Of a DNA stretch of 64,000 nucleotides, positions 1 through 11,000 are shown piece after piece. Under the pieces are notes generated by a model that did no database searches, had not been told where the DNA came from, and was given only the letters and a program-made list of their open reading frames with translations. The translations under genes were made by a program, and so were the position numbers. The stretch lies in NCBI GenBank assembly GCA_053919585.1, contig CM132811.1. The stretch is one strand, 5' to 3'. The stretch is from Euprymna scolopes. Taxonomy: Eukaryota. The first letter of the stretch is position 1. Every line of letters begins with the position of its first letter.

Positions 1-822
1 TAATTTGCAGTTTCTCTATTTTGCGGACATCTAGCAGAATACACAACAAAACGAAAAATTTGTAATCGCCTAAAAAAACAAATAGAGTAGAACTCCGGAA
101 AAAAAAAATTACTAACAAAAATACAGTACAATATATAATACACATGTATATAATCTAAAAAACATTATAAATAACACCGTAAGGCGGAGCAAATACCGTA
201 ACCGGGATCCGAAAACAATATCGTATTTCACATCATAACCTGAAAAAAAAAAAGTATCCTAGGGCCACCGTATCCCGGGTTTATACTGTACATAACAAAT
301 AAACGTTACCAAAAGTAAAATCAGTTATTCTTCCATATACCTGGATAGGTTTTTGGTGCAAGTTCAGAATTCAACCTAATTTAGGTGATTTTTGGAATAT
401 GACATTTTCGTTCTTAAACAAGTATTTACATCATAAAAATTTTTCTGTATTTTTTAAAAATTAAGTTGGATTCTGGATAAGAACCAATTTTGGGGGGTTT
501 AACTTATTTTAAAGCGTTTAATCAAAATATTATCCCTTGATTAAGATTAAATATATTTCTCATTCCATGGAATTTCCACATGTCCTGCTAGTAAATAAAT
601 AATACTTTACTGCGATTTCACGAGACATTCAATCGTCAAAATACTCAATAAAATCTTTTTGACCTTTATATAACTGAATCTATTTTAAATGTATTAAAAT
701 TGTATACAATCGTAAGAATTTTTTTTAGTGTATATCAGATGACCGGATGTCCTGTGAAACTGCAGCAAAAGACAGATTACTACTCATAATTGGCTTTAAT
801 TTTCACTATTTAAATATCTTTC

Positions 823-961
823 NNNNNNNNNNNNNNNNNNNNNNNNNNNNNNNNNNNNNNNNNNNNNNNNNNNNNNNNNNNNNNNNNNNNNNNNNNNNNN
901 NNNNNNNNNNNNNNNNNNNNNNNNNNNNNNNNNNNNNNNNNNNNNNNNNNNNNNNNNNNNN
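823..961. other. N run (gap or hard mask), 139 bp
   Basis: Run of n. Confidence 0.99.
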
Positions 962-1182
962 ATTCACATATAGAATATATAACTATGAAATTCTTAAATA
1001 TTTACAGGAAAGAATTTTCATTTATTCTCTAATTTGTATATTGTGCTCTCAGGTCAGCTTGTCTGAAGATATCGGCTTCCTGACTTCAAATGCGCTCAAA
1101 GTTAACGGTATTACTTTTTCCTTTCCTTTTCCAAATCATAATGTTCTGCAAAGCAAGAAAAAGGAACAATAATTTTTTTCTA

Positions 1183-1438
1183 TAAAACAACAAAACCAAA
1201 CACCATGAATAAATATTTGAAGATATAAAGAATTTGAAGCATATTTTTTTTTAACAAACTTATCGAATTTGGAATTAAATATCACGAAAAAGGTTGATAT
1301 TCCTTAAAACAATAAAAAGCAAACAAAACACCACGATTAAATATTTGAAGATATTAAGAACTCGAAGCATAATTTTTTAACCAAAATTATCGGATTTGGC
1401 ATTAAATAAATAGGAAAGGGTTGATATGCCGTAAAACA
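1183..1438 (+). repeat. Diverged tandem duplication, two copies, ~128-bp period; each ends in a SINE-tail-like motif
   Basis: aaatatttgaagatat occurs at 1211 and 1339. Both copies continue with atttgg(a/c)attaaata...ggttgatat(t/g)cc.taaaaca. The SINE-tail assignment is a recalled resemblance only. Confidence 0.75.
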
Positions 1439-1750
1439 GTACACCTAATCGGTTATTGGTTAAAGAAAAAAAAACATTATAAGAGTTAGTAATGCCTGGA
1501 GAATATGAATCTTTCTTATTGTCTCTCAGTGAAAATATTATAAAAATACACAATGACAACGTTTATAATTTATATTATAACCAGGAAAGAGCCTTCACTC
1601 CCAAAAGAAAATGATAACAAAATAGCATATAAACAAAAATATAATAATTGAATAGGTAACAATTACCTGCCGGTGTCTTTTATTTTTAAAGATCGATTTA
1701 ACAGACATTCCGGGTGACGTGACAACGAATTTATAATCATCATTCTATAA

Positions 1751-1778
1751 CTACTACTACTACTACTACTACTACTAC
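1751..1778. repeat. (CTA)n microsatellite
   Basis: About 9 perfect CTA units. Confidence 0.97.
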
Positions 1779-2083
1779 GACTAAATATTTCTAATAAAAA
1801 ATTGAAAGAAAAATGTTTCGGTAAAAAAAAAAATGGAAGGTAACGCAATGAGAAGACAATGCTAATGTTTTAAAATGGATGTATAAAAACGGATGTGTAT
1901 GTCGCGATCGAATATATCAAAATTGGGGACTCTGAAGATAATATGAACGGAATAAAAAGCAAAAGGGAAAGTTTGGAAGAGAAGACAAATTTTCATGAAT
2001 GAAATTGAAAGATATTGAAACAATAGGCAAACCATATTTCAAGGAGAACTTGAATGTTTGCATAGTTTCCTGGGGGAAGATGT

Positions 2084-2100
2084 TATATATATATATGTGC

Positions 2101-2168
<68 letters not shown>
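2084..2168. repeat. (TA)n microsatellite
   Basis: Long TA run with one short gtgcg interruption. Confidence 0.97.
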
Positions 2169-2171
<3 letters not shown>

Positions 2172-2388
2172 AAAGGAGATTAGAATAATAGTCTAAAGAG
2201 CTAAGTGTATTTTAATGTAACAGTGAAATTACTAGTTTAATTAAAATACAGGAAATGCTCGTTGTAATTTAGATATATAATAAGCTCGATATTTAAATGT
2301 CCTAGAGCTAATTCAATATTAAGTAAAGTGATTTTCAATTTAAAAATTTTAAAAAAAATTTTTTAATTTAAAAATCAAATTTTAATTA

Positions 2389-2427
2389 AATTAAAAATCA
2401 GTTTCATAAGAAAACTGATTTTTAATT
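2389..2427. repeat. Perfect 16-bp inverted repeat (hairpin) abutting an N run
   Basis: aattaaaaatcagttt (2389-2404), loop cataaga, aaactgatttttaatt (2412-2427). Confidence 0.8.
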
Positions 2428-2659
2428 NNNNNNNNNNNNNNNNNNNNNNNNNNNNNNNNNNNNNNNNNNNNNNNNNNNNNNNNNNNNNNNNNNNNNNNNN
2501 NNNNNNNNNNNNNNNNNNNNNNNNNNNNNNNNNNNNNNNNNNNNNNNNNNNNNNNNNNNNNNNNNNNNNNNNNNNNNNNNNNNNNNNNNNNNNNNNNNNN
2601 NNNNNNNNNNNNNNNNNNNNNNNNNNNNNNNNNNNNNNNNNNNNNNNNNNNNNNNNNNN
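2428..2659. other. N run (gap or hard mask), 232 bp
   Basis: Run of n. Confidence 0.99.
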
Positions 2660-3767
2660 TGAAATGTACTCTGTATGTATATACCAATCGCAATGGATCA
2701 AAACATCTTTCTCATGAATAAAGCTTTTTATAATACCAAAGGTCTTTTATATAAATTATGCAGATTATGAAAAAAGTCCAAACTCAATAAACGCCTTTTT
2801 ATTGGGTTCCAGAGCATACATAATGTAGCATAATAATTCTCCAAATTGCAAACATCAAGTTTTCTAAATTGTTTATTAATTAATTTTCAAAGAGTATCCA
2901 TTACAATATTATTTCGCATTGCGACTTAGTAGTTAATAAAACATGTTAAAAACACGTTGAAAAGGAGTTAAAAACATATTTAATTTTAAAAAAAAGAAGC
3001 ACAAAATAAGTGGATAGTCCTTAATCCGCGGAGTTTTTTATCAAAGGGTAGGATTTAGCAAAATGCGGGATCGGATTTTGCTTGCAAAAGAGTTTAATGA
3101 AACTACAAGTAAGTCATAGATCTTACTTGATAACAAATAGTGAAGCAGAGGGAATAGCGTGAAGAAAAGGGTGTTTTCACGTGAATGGATAGTCTGGTAA
3201 AGGGTAAAATATCCAATAACGGTAAAATCCAAAAATGTTGATTAAATTTCCATTTCCACAAGTAAAATCCACAGAATCGCGTAATTAGAAGATGGTCCAA
3301 AGTAATCCAAAGGGCAAATATCCGAGGACTAATTCACAAATTCACAAGGAAAAAGGGAATGAGTTCAAATAATATTAAAAGAAAGATAACATGTGCGCAG
3401 AAAAAAGAAATGGAAGAATGTAAAACTCGACTGTCAAGGCTGGGCTGATTTAGTTAGATACCTCTTCAGGCGATATTGCTTCTACGAAAATTCAGCTCGT
3501 AATCTTACGGACTGAACTTTTTCCCGATGAGACAACAAACGACAAACTTACTTCACCCGAAAGGAAGCAAGGCTTGAGGCAATAGACTTCCTAGGCCTAC
3601 CCAGAACATTTGTCTCATTTCAACAGCTAAATGGCCACTGAAATGGCAAAGTTTCTGTCAGATTGGTTGTCTGGGTCGAAACCTCCACTGGCGTACTACG
3701 AGAGGCACCATTTTGAGGTTACTCCCGTAATACACATCCCGTTTTTTTTTTCAACTTATTGTTTTTA

Positions 3768-3801
<34 letters not shown>

Positions 3802-3818
3802 TTATCTATCTATCTATC
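3768..3818. repeat. (TATC)n microsatellite
   Basis: About 12 TATC units with one mismatch. Confidence 0.95.
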
Positions 3819-3820
3819 GT

Positions 3821-3932
3821 TTATTATTATAATTACTCACTAGGAGTTTTCACACATGCTATCATAAAAGAATTAGTTTTGAAAACAACCTGTAGTGTGC
3901 CCAGGAGCCTGAGTGACAACAAGTTTTCCCAG
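3821..3932 (-). mobile_element. Probable 3' end of an R4/Dong-type non-LTR element with a (TAA)n-like tail
   Basis: The minus strand reads ctgggaaaacttgttgtcactcaggctcc...tgtgtgaaaactcctagtgagtaattataataataa. It lies directly downstream of the RT/RLE remnant and ends in TAA repeats. Dong elements are known to be associated with TAA repeats. Confidence 0.55.

Positions 3933-3983
<51 letters not shown>
3933..3983. repeat. (ATT)17 microsatellite
   Basis: 17 perfect ATT units. Confidence 0.97.
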
Positions 3984-3984
<1 letters not shown>

Positions 3985-4007
3985 GTCCTACTATTTTTGG
4001 TGCTCTC

Positions 4008-4525
4008 TTGCATATCTCATTTATCTCTCTGGCAAGTTCCGTGTATTTGCTCTGTTTCTCTGTCTCCTTGATATTCTATTTTGTGGTCTGCTGGAACAGC
4101 GAAGTCTACGATCTGGCAGGATTTTTTTTTTTTTTGTTGTTAACTACTGATATCCGGTTTTCTTGCTTGGATGGGGTTATCTCTTTGTATATCCATATCC
4201 CATAGGATTTTGTGACTTCGGTTTTCAAGTACTGCTGCGGGGTTTTGCTTGTAAAATTTGTCTGTGTATTTAAGCTGCAGTTGTCTGCATAATTCCCAGT
4301 GTACTGCCTTTTTCTCTTCGCATGATCAGCAATGCGCACTTACCCATACCAAATTTCATTCCGATATCCTGGCCGAAGATTCTGGTTGTGTTTATTGGGG
4401 TCTCTAGTTCCTTTTAGATTATTGCAAAGAAGTTTCAGGTCGTCCATATACATTAGGTGGTTCATTCTTTCCTCTATATTAGTGGACTTGTATTCTACTT
4501 GGCACTTTCTTAGTATATTGTTCCA
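4008..4525 (-). mobile_element. Degenerate, internally deleted R4/Dong-like non-LTR retrotransposon (RT core fragment plus restriction-like endonuclease fragment)
   Basis: Manual minus-strand translation across frameshifts gives ERMNHLMYMDDLKLL (RT YxDD motif, ~4439-4462), then ELETPINTTRIFGQDIGMKFGMGKCALLIM, then KAVHWELCRQL...VLENRSHKILWDMDIQRDNPIQARKPDI...SCQIVDFAVPADHKI.IKETEKQSKYTELAREI (RLE PD..D and KxxKY motifs). Confidence 0.88.
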
Positions 4526-4734
4526 GTGACTTCTCCTTAATTAGCATATATACCTCCCTTGTCAAATACTATTTTTTTGTCTCACAATCAATTATTACGA
4601 GTTAAAGCTAATTTTCTATTAACGTATGTTTTCCAAATAAATTTCAGTTATTTTTCATTTTTTTTTCTTTTCGCCCTCTCTTCATCCGAGAAATGTACTC
4701 AACGATTTCAAATATAATATTCGTTCAGTTAACA

Positions 4735-5245
4735 ATTCATGTTTTGTATTATTGGGATTTTTGAACTACGTATCTCATCTTGAATGTCATTCTCACAAAC
4801 GTTTCAGCCGATGTAACCTCCGATCTTCTTTCAAGTGTCTCTTGTTGAATTCGAGAATCTTTCTGGTGAACTTGGATCTGCACGGGATTTCGAATGGTAC
4901 CGTTAATTTAATCCTCGGGAGTAGCATGTTCTTGTTCCATCAGTCATGACTGAATAGAAGTCTTAAGTAATTCGCAATCGTAGTCGAAGTATCGCCCGCA
5001 CTGAGGATTGAACCTTCGACTTGCAGAAGAGTGTCACTTAGAACTGAAAGCATGCTACACTTATAGATTAAGTAAATGAGTCCTTTTGAGATTCCGTGTA
5101 AATTCCAGAGGTCGGAAGAGTATTCCCGAGTTCGGCAAAATATACCAGAAGAAGGTCGGAGGTTACATCAACCGAAATGTTGTGAAAATAACACTCAATA
5201 TGAGAAAAGTAGTCTGAAGAATCCGAATAACACAAATGATCAATT
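4735..5245. mobile_element. Fold-back element: two diverged ~200-bp inverted arms with degenerate Penelope-type hammerhead motifs around a ~115-bp spacer
   Basis: The reverse complement of 4735-4932 aligns colinearly with 5048-5245. Shared segments include catgctac, gattaa, agaag(a/g)tcggaggttacatc...gaaa(c/t)gtt and aataa(t/c)acaaa. The spacer carries GGTTCAATCC, a B-box-like motif, on the minus strand at ~5005-5014. Confidence 0.75.
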
Positions 5246-5285
5246 ATTCTTCCGTTTTGCCAACTTATTTTGGATTTTCAATAAC

Positions 5286-5433
5286 NNNNNNNNNNNNNNN
5301 NNNNNNNNNNNNNNNNNNNNNNNNNNNNNNNNNNNNNNNNNNNNNNNNNNNNNNNNNNNNNNNNNNNNNNNNNNNNNNNNNNNNNNNNNNNNNNNNNNNN
5401 NNNNNNNNNNNNNNNNNNNNNNNNNNNNNNNNN
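5286..5433. other. N run (gap or hard mask), 148 bp
   Basis: Run of n. Confidence 0.99.
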
Positions 5434-6020
5434 TTTGACTACTTTTTCTTTTTCTTCTTCTTTTTCTTTTTCTTCTACTTTTTTCTTCTTTTTTCTTCTT
5501 TTTTTCTACTTTTTCATTTCATTCTTCTTTTCTTCTTCTATTTCTTGTTCTTCTTGTTCTCCTTATTCTTGTTCTTCTTCGTCTTCTTCTTCTTCTTCTT
5601 CTTCTTCTTCTTCTAAGTTTCTTGTTATTCTTCTAATTCCACGTCTTCTCGTTTTTTTTCTGTTTTCTCGTTTATTCTGTTGTTGTTGTTTTTTTCTTTG
5701 TCGCCATCTTTTTTTTTCTATCTTTTCCTCTTTTTTAAAATCTTTTTTCTTCCTAATTTTCCATCCTTTCTACATCTTTTCTTTCCATCTTTATTTTACC
5801 CACTCATCATTTTCCATTTTTTTTTTGTATTTATCTCCTTGTCTCAAATAATTCTTTCTTCTTCATCTTCATCTTCGTTTTCTTCATCTTTCTCCTCTTC
5901 GTTTTATTTTATCCTTCTTATATCTCTATTCTTCTTCCTCTTTTTATTTTTCTCCATCTTGATTGTCTATTTTTGTACTTCTTGCTACCTTTTTCTCGTT
6001 AGCATTATTTTTTTGTAGTT
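5434..6020. repeat. Pyrimidine-rich low-complexity tract of degenerate (TTC)n
   Basis: T/C-dominated sequence with a pure (TCT)n run at ~5582-5614. It produces the spurious poly-F/S ORFs. Confidence 0.93.
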
Positions 6021-6545
6021 ATTGTTCTTCGTGTTTTCGGATTTTTTTCGCCTCAATATATAAAAAAGAAAACCAGGAAAAAAAACTTACTTCAACAATC
6101 CGAGGTAGACAATTCAATGGATGCTTTAATCTACCATTCTGATATAATCTTGAAGAATCTTTTAAGAACTCACGAACAATGAACTTGTTCCCTATCTTGT
6201 CTTTTTTTTTTTTTTTTTTTTGCTTTCTTCTACTGGCCTGAAGTCATTCGCATATATTCGTTAGCATGGGAACGATGAACCTGTGACGTGGAAACGAGTT
6301 TCTTCAACAACGGAGCAAGTGCATGAATTTACTGTGGCTCAACTTGTGGAGATATTAGCAAACGTATATACAACCCCCCCCACACACACACACACAAAAC
6401 CACTACCCACTCTATATTTTAATGTTTTTCAATTTCCTATTTGGAAACAAATTTCTGATAATTATTGATTAAGTACCACATTTTTATTAGAATAAAACAC
6501 AAACATTCGACGAAAAGATCTTTACATTCAATATTTATGAAACAA

Positions 6546-7370
6546 CTAGCGAAGAGACCCGACGTTGCCCGGGATTGAATGATGATCAATGAATGTTTCA
6601 CATTCTCATATTTTTATTGTCATTGAAATCGATGAAATAGCACTTTTTTTTTCAATCAAATCGATTGATTCCCTGCTCTTGTTGGGGACCCATTGCAGGG
6701 CACTGGAAGGAAGCTTCACATGTCTCCCCGCAAAGATTAAGTTCACAACACATTGTAGTCTACATTGCACTGTAGAGAATTTACTGTTTATTTTATAAAA
6801 TCATTTTTTTATATAATGACTTGAATTAAAGTTTAAAATGCAAAAGTCAAGTATCATGCTACAACTGTTCTCTAAACAGAAACATTCATATCGAACGCGC
6901 CCCTGTCATATCAAAGGACTTACTATTGATTTTATATGCCAGGCCTTACTGCTTATGCGGTGATAATGGCTTATATTTAAATTTAAAAGGAAAACGTCAA
7001 GTATCATGATGCAATTGTGCTTTAATCACGAACATTCATTTCGAACATGCCCCTGCCATATCAAAGAACATACTGTTGATTTGATATACCGGGCCTTTCT
7101 GCTTGTATGGTAATAAAACTTCTAAAATGCACTTGTGATGTTAGGCTGTGTAAGGTGTTAACTTTGGTCAAACTTGCCTGTTTTATCTTTCATTGGATTA
7201 TTTCGATTATCGATTATCGATATTTATTGAAGACACTCCGTTACAAAACATATTTAAGAATACTGCCAGCCACATAAAATATTTTCGTGTGAAATTTCAA
7301 AAAATCGGCCTAGACGTTTTCGAGTCCATATGGAAAGAATTCCTACACACACACGGTTCTTTTTTATTAT
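6546..7370 (-). mobile_element. Non-autonomous Helitron-like element with internal 150-bp tandem repeats
   Basis: The minus-strand 3' end reads CCCGGGCAACGTCGGG (GC hairpin), a 9-nt spacer, then CTAG followed by T (CTAG at 6546-6549), the canonical Helitron 3' signature. The other end (aaatttcaaaaaatcggcctagacgttttcgagt...acacacac...ttttattat) resembles termini of non-autonomous Helitrons. The 5' TC terminus is not clearly visible, so that boundary is approximate. Confidence 0.72.
6812..7122 (+). repeat. Two diverged 150-bp tandem units inside the Helitron
   Basis: gtcaagtatcatg occurs at 6846 and 6996. aacattcat.tcgaac..gcccctg.catatcaaag is repeated at the same offset. Confidence 0.9.
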
Positions 7371-7410
7371 GTTAATGCTAAAATGTCGTTCTCTTATCAG
7401 ATATACATGA

Positions 7411-7432
7411 CATTATTTTTGCACCAACCTAA
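7411..7432 (+). mobile_element. Solo mariner (Hsmar1/MADE1-type) right terminal inverted repeat followed by TA
   Basis: cattatttttgcaccaacctaa followed by TA is the reverse complement of TTAGGTTGGTGCAAAAATAATG, identical to the left TIR of the MITE at 62038. Confidence 0.8.
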
Positions 7433-7509
7433 TATACAATAGTAGAGCAAATATTAATACAAATAAATACGACAAACCTTAGAATGGCATCTAAAAAATG
7501 CTATCACAT

Positions 7510-7910
7510 TTTGTACAAACACAGGCTCCAGATACAAAAACTACTAAATTAGAATAATAAATAATGTGACATGCTTACAACTACGTCCGAAGATTATTTC
7601 TCAGTTTAAAGCAAATCAAATCTAGAATTCCACATGTTTTCTATAAAAGAAAAAGGATTAGCACTGGTAGTCAGCGGAGTCAATCCGGCAGTGTCAAACA
7701 GCATGTGTTTGCAAAAAGAGGCTCTAGATAGAAAAAAGACGAAATTAGAAAAATAATCCGTGGACATGCTTACAACTACGTCCGAAGATTAATTATTATT
7801 TATCAACTTAAAGTCGATAAATTCTATGATCTTACTTTTTTTTCTATAAAAAGGGTCGGCATTGGTAGTAAGCAAAGTCAATACAAAGTATCAAACAGTC
7901 AACATGCTTT
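7510..7910 (+). repeat. Diverged tandem duplication, two copies, ~195-bp period
   Basis: gacatgcttacaactacgtccgaagatta is identical at 7568 and 7763. aggctc.agata, aaattagaa, ttttctataaaa, gca.tggtagt and tcaaacag are also repeated. Confidence 0.88.
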
Positions 7911-8040
7911 CGCATCTATTCCCGAAAACTACCATTAAGTTATATATAATGCCATACGCACACAGATATGCTAAATGAACGTAGGAAAATGAACACACTC
8001 ATACATTTACTCACTTCTTTTTTTGCAAAGTGAAATTATC

Positions 8041-11000
8041 AGCGTCAAGTAAAAGCGTCAAATAAAAGCGTCAAATAATAGCGTCAAGTAAAAGCGTCAA
8101 ATAAATGCGTCAAGTAAAAGCGTCAAGTAAAAGCGTCAAATAAAAGCGTCCAGTAAAAGGGTCAAATAAAAGCGTCAAATAAAAGCATCAAATAAAAGCG
8201 TCAAATAAAAGCGTCAAGTAAAAGCGTCAAATAAAAGGGTCAAGTAAAAAGGTCGAGTAAAAGCGTCAAATAAAAGCGTCAAATAAAAGCGTCAAGTAAA
8301 AGCGTCAAATAAAAGCGTCAAATAAAAGCGTCAAATAAAAGCGTCAAATAAAAGTGTCAAATGAAAGCGTCAAATAAAAGCGTCAAACAAATGCGTCAAA
8401 TAAAAGCGTCAAGTAAAGGCGTCAAATAAAAGCGTCAAATAAAAGGGTCAAATAAGAGCGTAAAGTAAAAGCGTCAAGTAAAAGCGTCAAATAAATGCGT
8501 CAAGTAAAAGCGTCAAATAAAAGCGTCAAGTAAAAGGGTCAAGTAAAAGCGTCAAATAAAAGCGTCAAATAAAAGCGTCAAGTAAAAGCGTCAAATAAAA
8601 GCGTCAAATAAAAGCGTCAAATAAAAGCGTCAAATAAAAGGGTCAAGTAAAAAGGTCAAGTAAAAGCGTCAAATAAAAGCGTCAAATAAAAGCGTCAAAT
8701 AAAAGCGTTAAATAAAAGCGTCAAATAAAAGCGTCAAATAAAAGGGTCAAGTAAAAGCGTCAAATAAAAGCGTCAAATAAAAGCGTCAAATAAAAGCGTC
8801 AAATAATAACGTCAAATAAAAGCGTCAAATAAATGCGTCAAGTAAAAGCGTCAAGTAAAAGCGTCAAGTAAAAGCGTCAAATAAAAGCGTCAAATAATAA
8901 CGTCAAATAAAAGCGTCAAATAATAACGTCAAATGAAAGCGTCAAATAATAACGTCAAATAAAAGCGTCAAATAAAAGGGTCAAGTAAAAGCGTCAAATA
9001 AAAGCGTCAAATAAAAGCGTCAAATAATAACGTCAAGTAAAAGCGTCAAATAAAAGGGTCAAGTAAAAGCGTCAAGTAAAAGCGTCAAATAAAAGCGTCA
9101 AATAAAAGCGTCAAATAAAAGCGTCAAATAAAAGCGTCAAATAAAAGGGTCAAGTAAAAAGGTCAAGTAAAAGCGGCAAATAAAAGCGTCAAATAAAAGC
9201 GTCAAATAAAAGCGTCAAATAAAAGCGTCAAGTAAAAGGGTCAAGTAAAAGCGTCAAATAAGAGCGTCAAGTAAAAGCGTCAAGTAAAAGCGTCAAATAA
9301 AAGCGTCAAATGAAAGCGTCAAATAAAAGCGTCAAATAAAAGCGTCAAATAAAAGCGTCAAGTAAAGGCGTCAAATAAAAGCGTCAAATAAAAGGGTCAA
9401 ATAAAAGCGTCAAGTAAAAGCGTCAAATAAAAGCGTCAAATAAATGCGTCAAATAAAAGCGTCAAATGAAAGCGTCAAATAAAAGCGTCAAATAAAAGGG
9501 TCAAGTAAAAAGGTCAAGTAAAAGCGTCAAATAAAAGCGTCAAATAAAAGCGTCAAATAAAAGCGTCAAATAAAAGCGTCAAGTAAAAGCGTCAAATAAA
9601 AGCGTCAAATGAAAGCGTCAAATAAAAGCGTCAAATAAAAGCGTCAAATAAAAGCGTCAAGTAAAGGCGTCAAATAAAAGCGTCAAATAAAAGCGTCAAA
9701 TAAAAGCGTCAAATAAAAGCGCCAAATAAAAGCGTCAAGTAAAAGCGACAAATAAACGTGTCAAGTAAAAGCGTCAAGTAAAAGCGTCAAATAAACGCTT
9801 CAAATAAAAGCGTCAATTAAAAGCGTCAAGTAAAAGCGTCAAATAAAAGTGTCAAGTAAAAGCGTCAAGTAAAAGCGTCAAGTAAAAGCGTCAAATAAAA
9901 GCGTCAAATAAAAGCTTCAAATAAAAGCGTCAAATAAAAGCGTCAAATAAAAGCGTCAAATAAAAGCGTCAAATAAAAGGGTCAAATAAAAGCGTCAAAT
10001 AAAAGCGTCAAATAAAAGCGTCAAATAAAAGCGTCAAGTAAAAGCGTCAAGCAAAAGCGTCAAATAAAAGCGTCAAATAAAAGCGTCAAATAAAAGCGTC
10101 AAGTAAAGGCGTCAAATAAAAGCGTCAAATAAAAGCGTCAAGTAAAAGCGTCAAATAAAAGCGTCAAATAAAAGCGTCAAGTAAAAACGTAAAATAAAAG
10201 TGTCAAGTAAAAGTGTCAAGTAAAGGCGTCAAAAAGCGTCAAGTAAAAGCGTCAAATAAAAGCGTAAAATAAAAGCGTCAAGAAAAAGCGTCAAGTAAAA
10301 GCGTCAAATAAAAGCGTCAAATAAAAGCGTCCAATAAAAGTGTCAAGTTAAACCGTCAAGTAAAAGCGTCAAATATAAGCGTCAAGTAAAGGCGTCAAAT
10401 AAAAGCGTCAAATAAAAGCGTCAAATAAAAGCATCAAGTAAAAGGGTCAAGTAAAAGCGTCAAATAAAAGCGTCAAGTAAAGGCGTCAAATAAAAGCGTC
10501 AAATAAAAGCGTCAAGTAAAAGCGTCAAATAAAAGCGTCAAATAAAAGGGTCAAGTAAAAGGGTCATGTAAAAGCTTCAAATAAAAGGGTCAAGTAAAAG
10601 CGTCAAATAAAAGCGTCAAATAAAAGCGTCAAATAAAAGGGTCAAATAAAAGCGTCAAATAAAAGCGTCACATAAAAGCGTCAAATAAAAGCGTCAAATA
10701 AAAGCGTCAAGCAAAAGCGTCAAATAAAAGCGTCAAATAAAAGCGTCAAATAAAAGCGTCAAGTAAAGGCGTCAAATAAAAGCGTCAAATAAAAGCGTCA
10801 AGTAAAAGCGTCAAATAAAAGCGTCAAATAAAAGCGTCAAGTAAAAACGTAAAATAAAAGCGTCAAATAAAAGCGTCAAGTAAATGCGTCAAATAAAAGC
10901 GTAAAATAAAAGCGTCAAGAAAAAGCGTCAAGTAAAAGCGTCAAATAAAAGCGTCAAATAAAAGCGTCAAATAAAAGCGTCAAATGAAAGTGTCAAGTTA

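Noticed and set aside
175-292. Possible Tc1/pogo-type transposon end (…ccgggtttatactgta)
   Set aside because: It resembles a TIR ending in CTG plus TA, but no partner TIR is visible in the window.
4975-5065. tRNA gene
   Set aside because: Only a B-box-like motif is visible on the minus strand. I could not build a cloverleaf.
747-7375. ORF-track entries in the left flank as genes
   Set aside because: They are short and run through N blocks, microsatellites (poly-YI, poly-I, poly-S/F) or TE debris. The only protein signal is the frameshifted RT/RLE remnant, which the listed ORFs read mostly in the wrong frame or strand.
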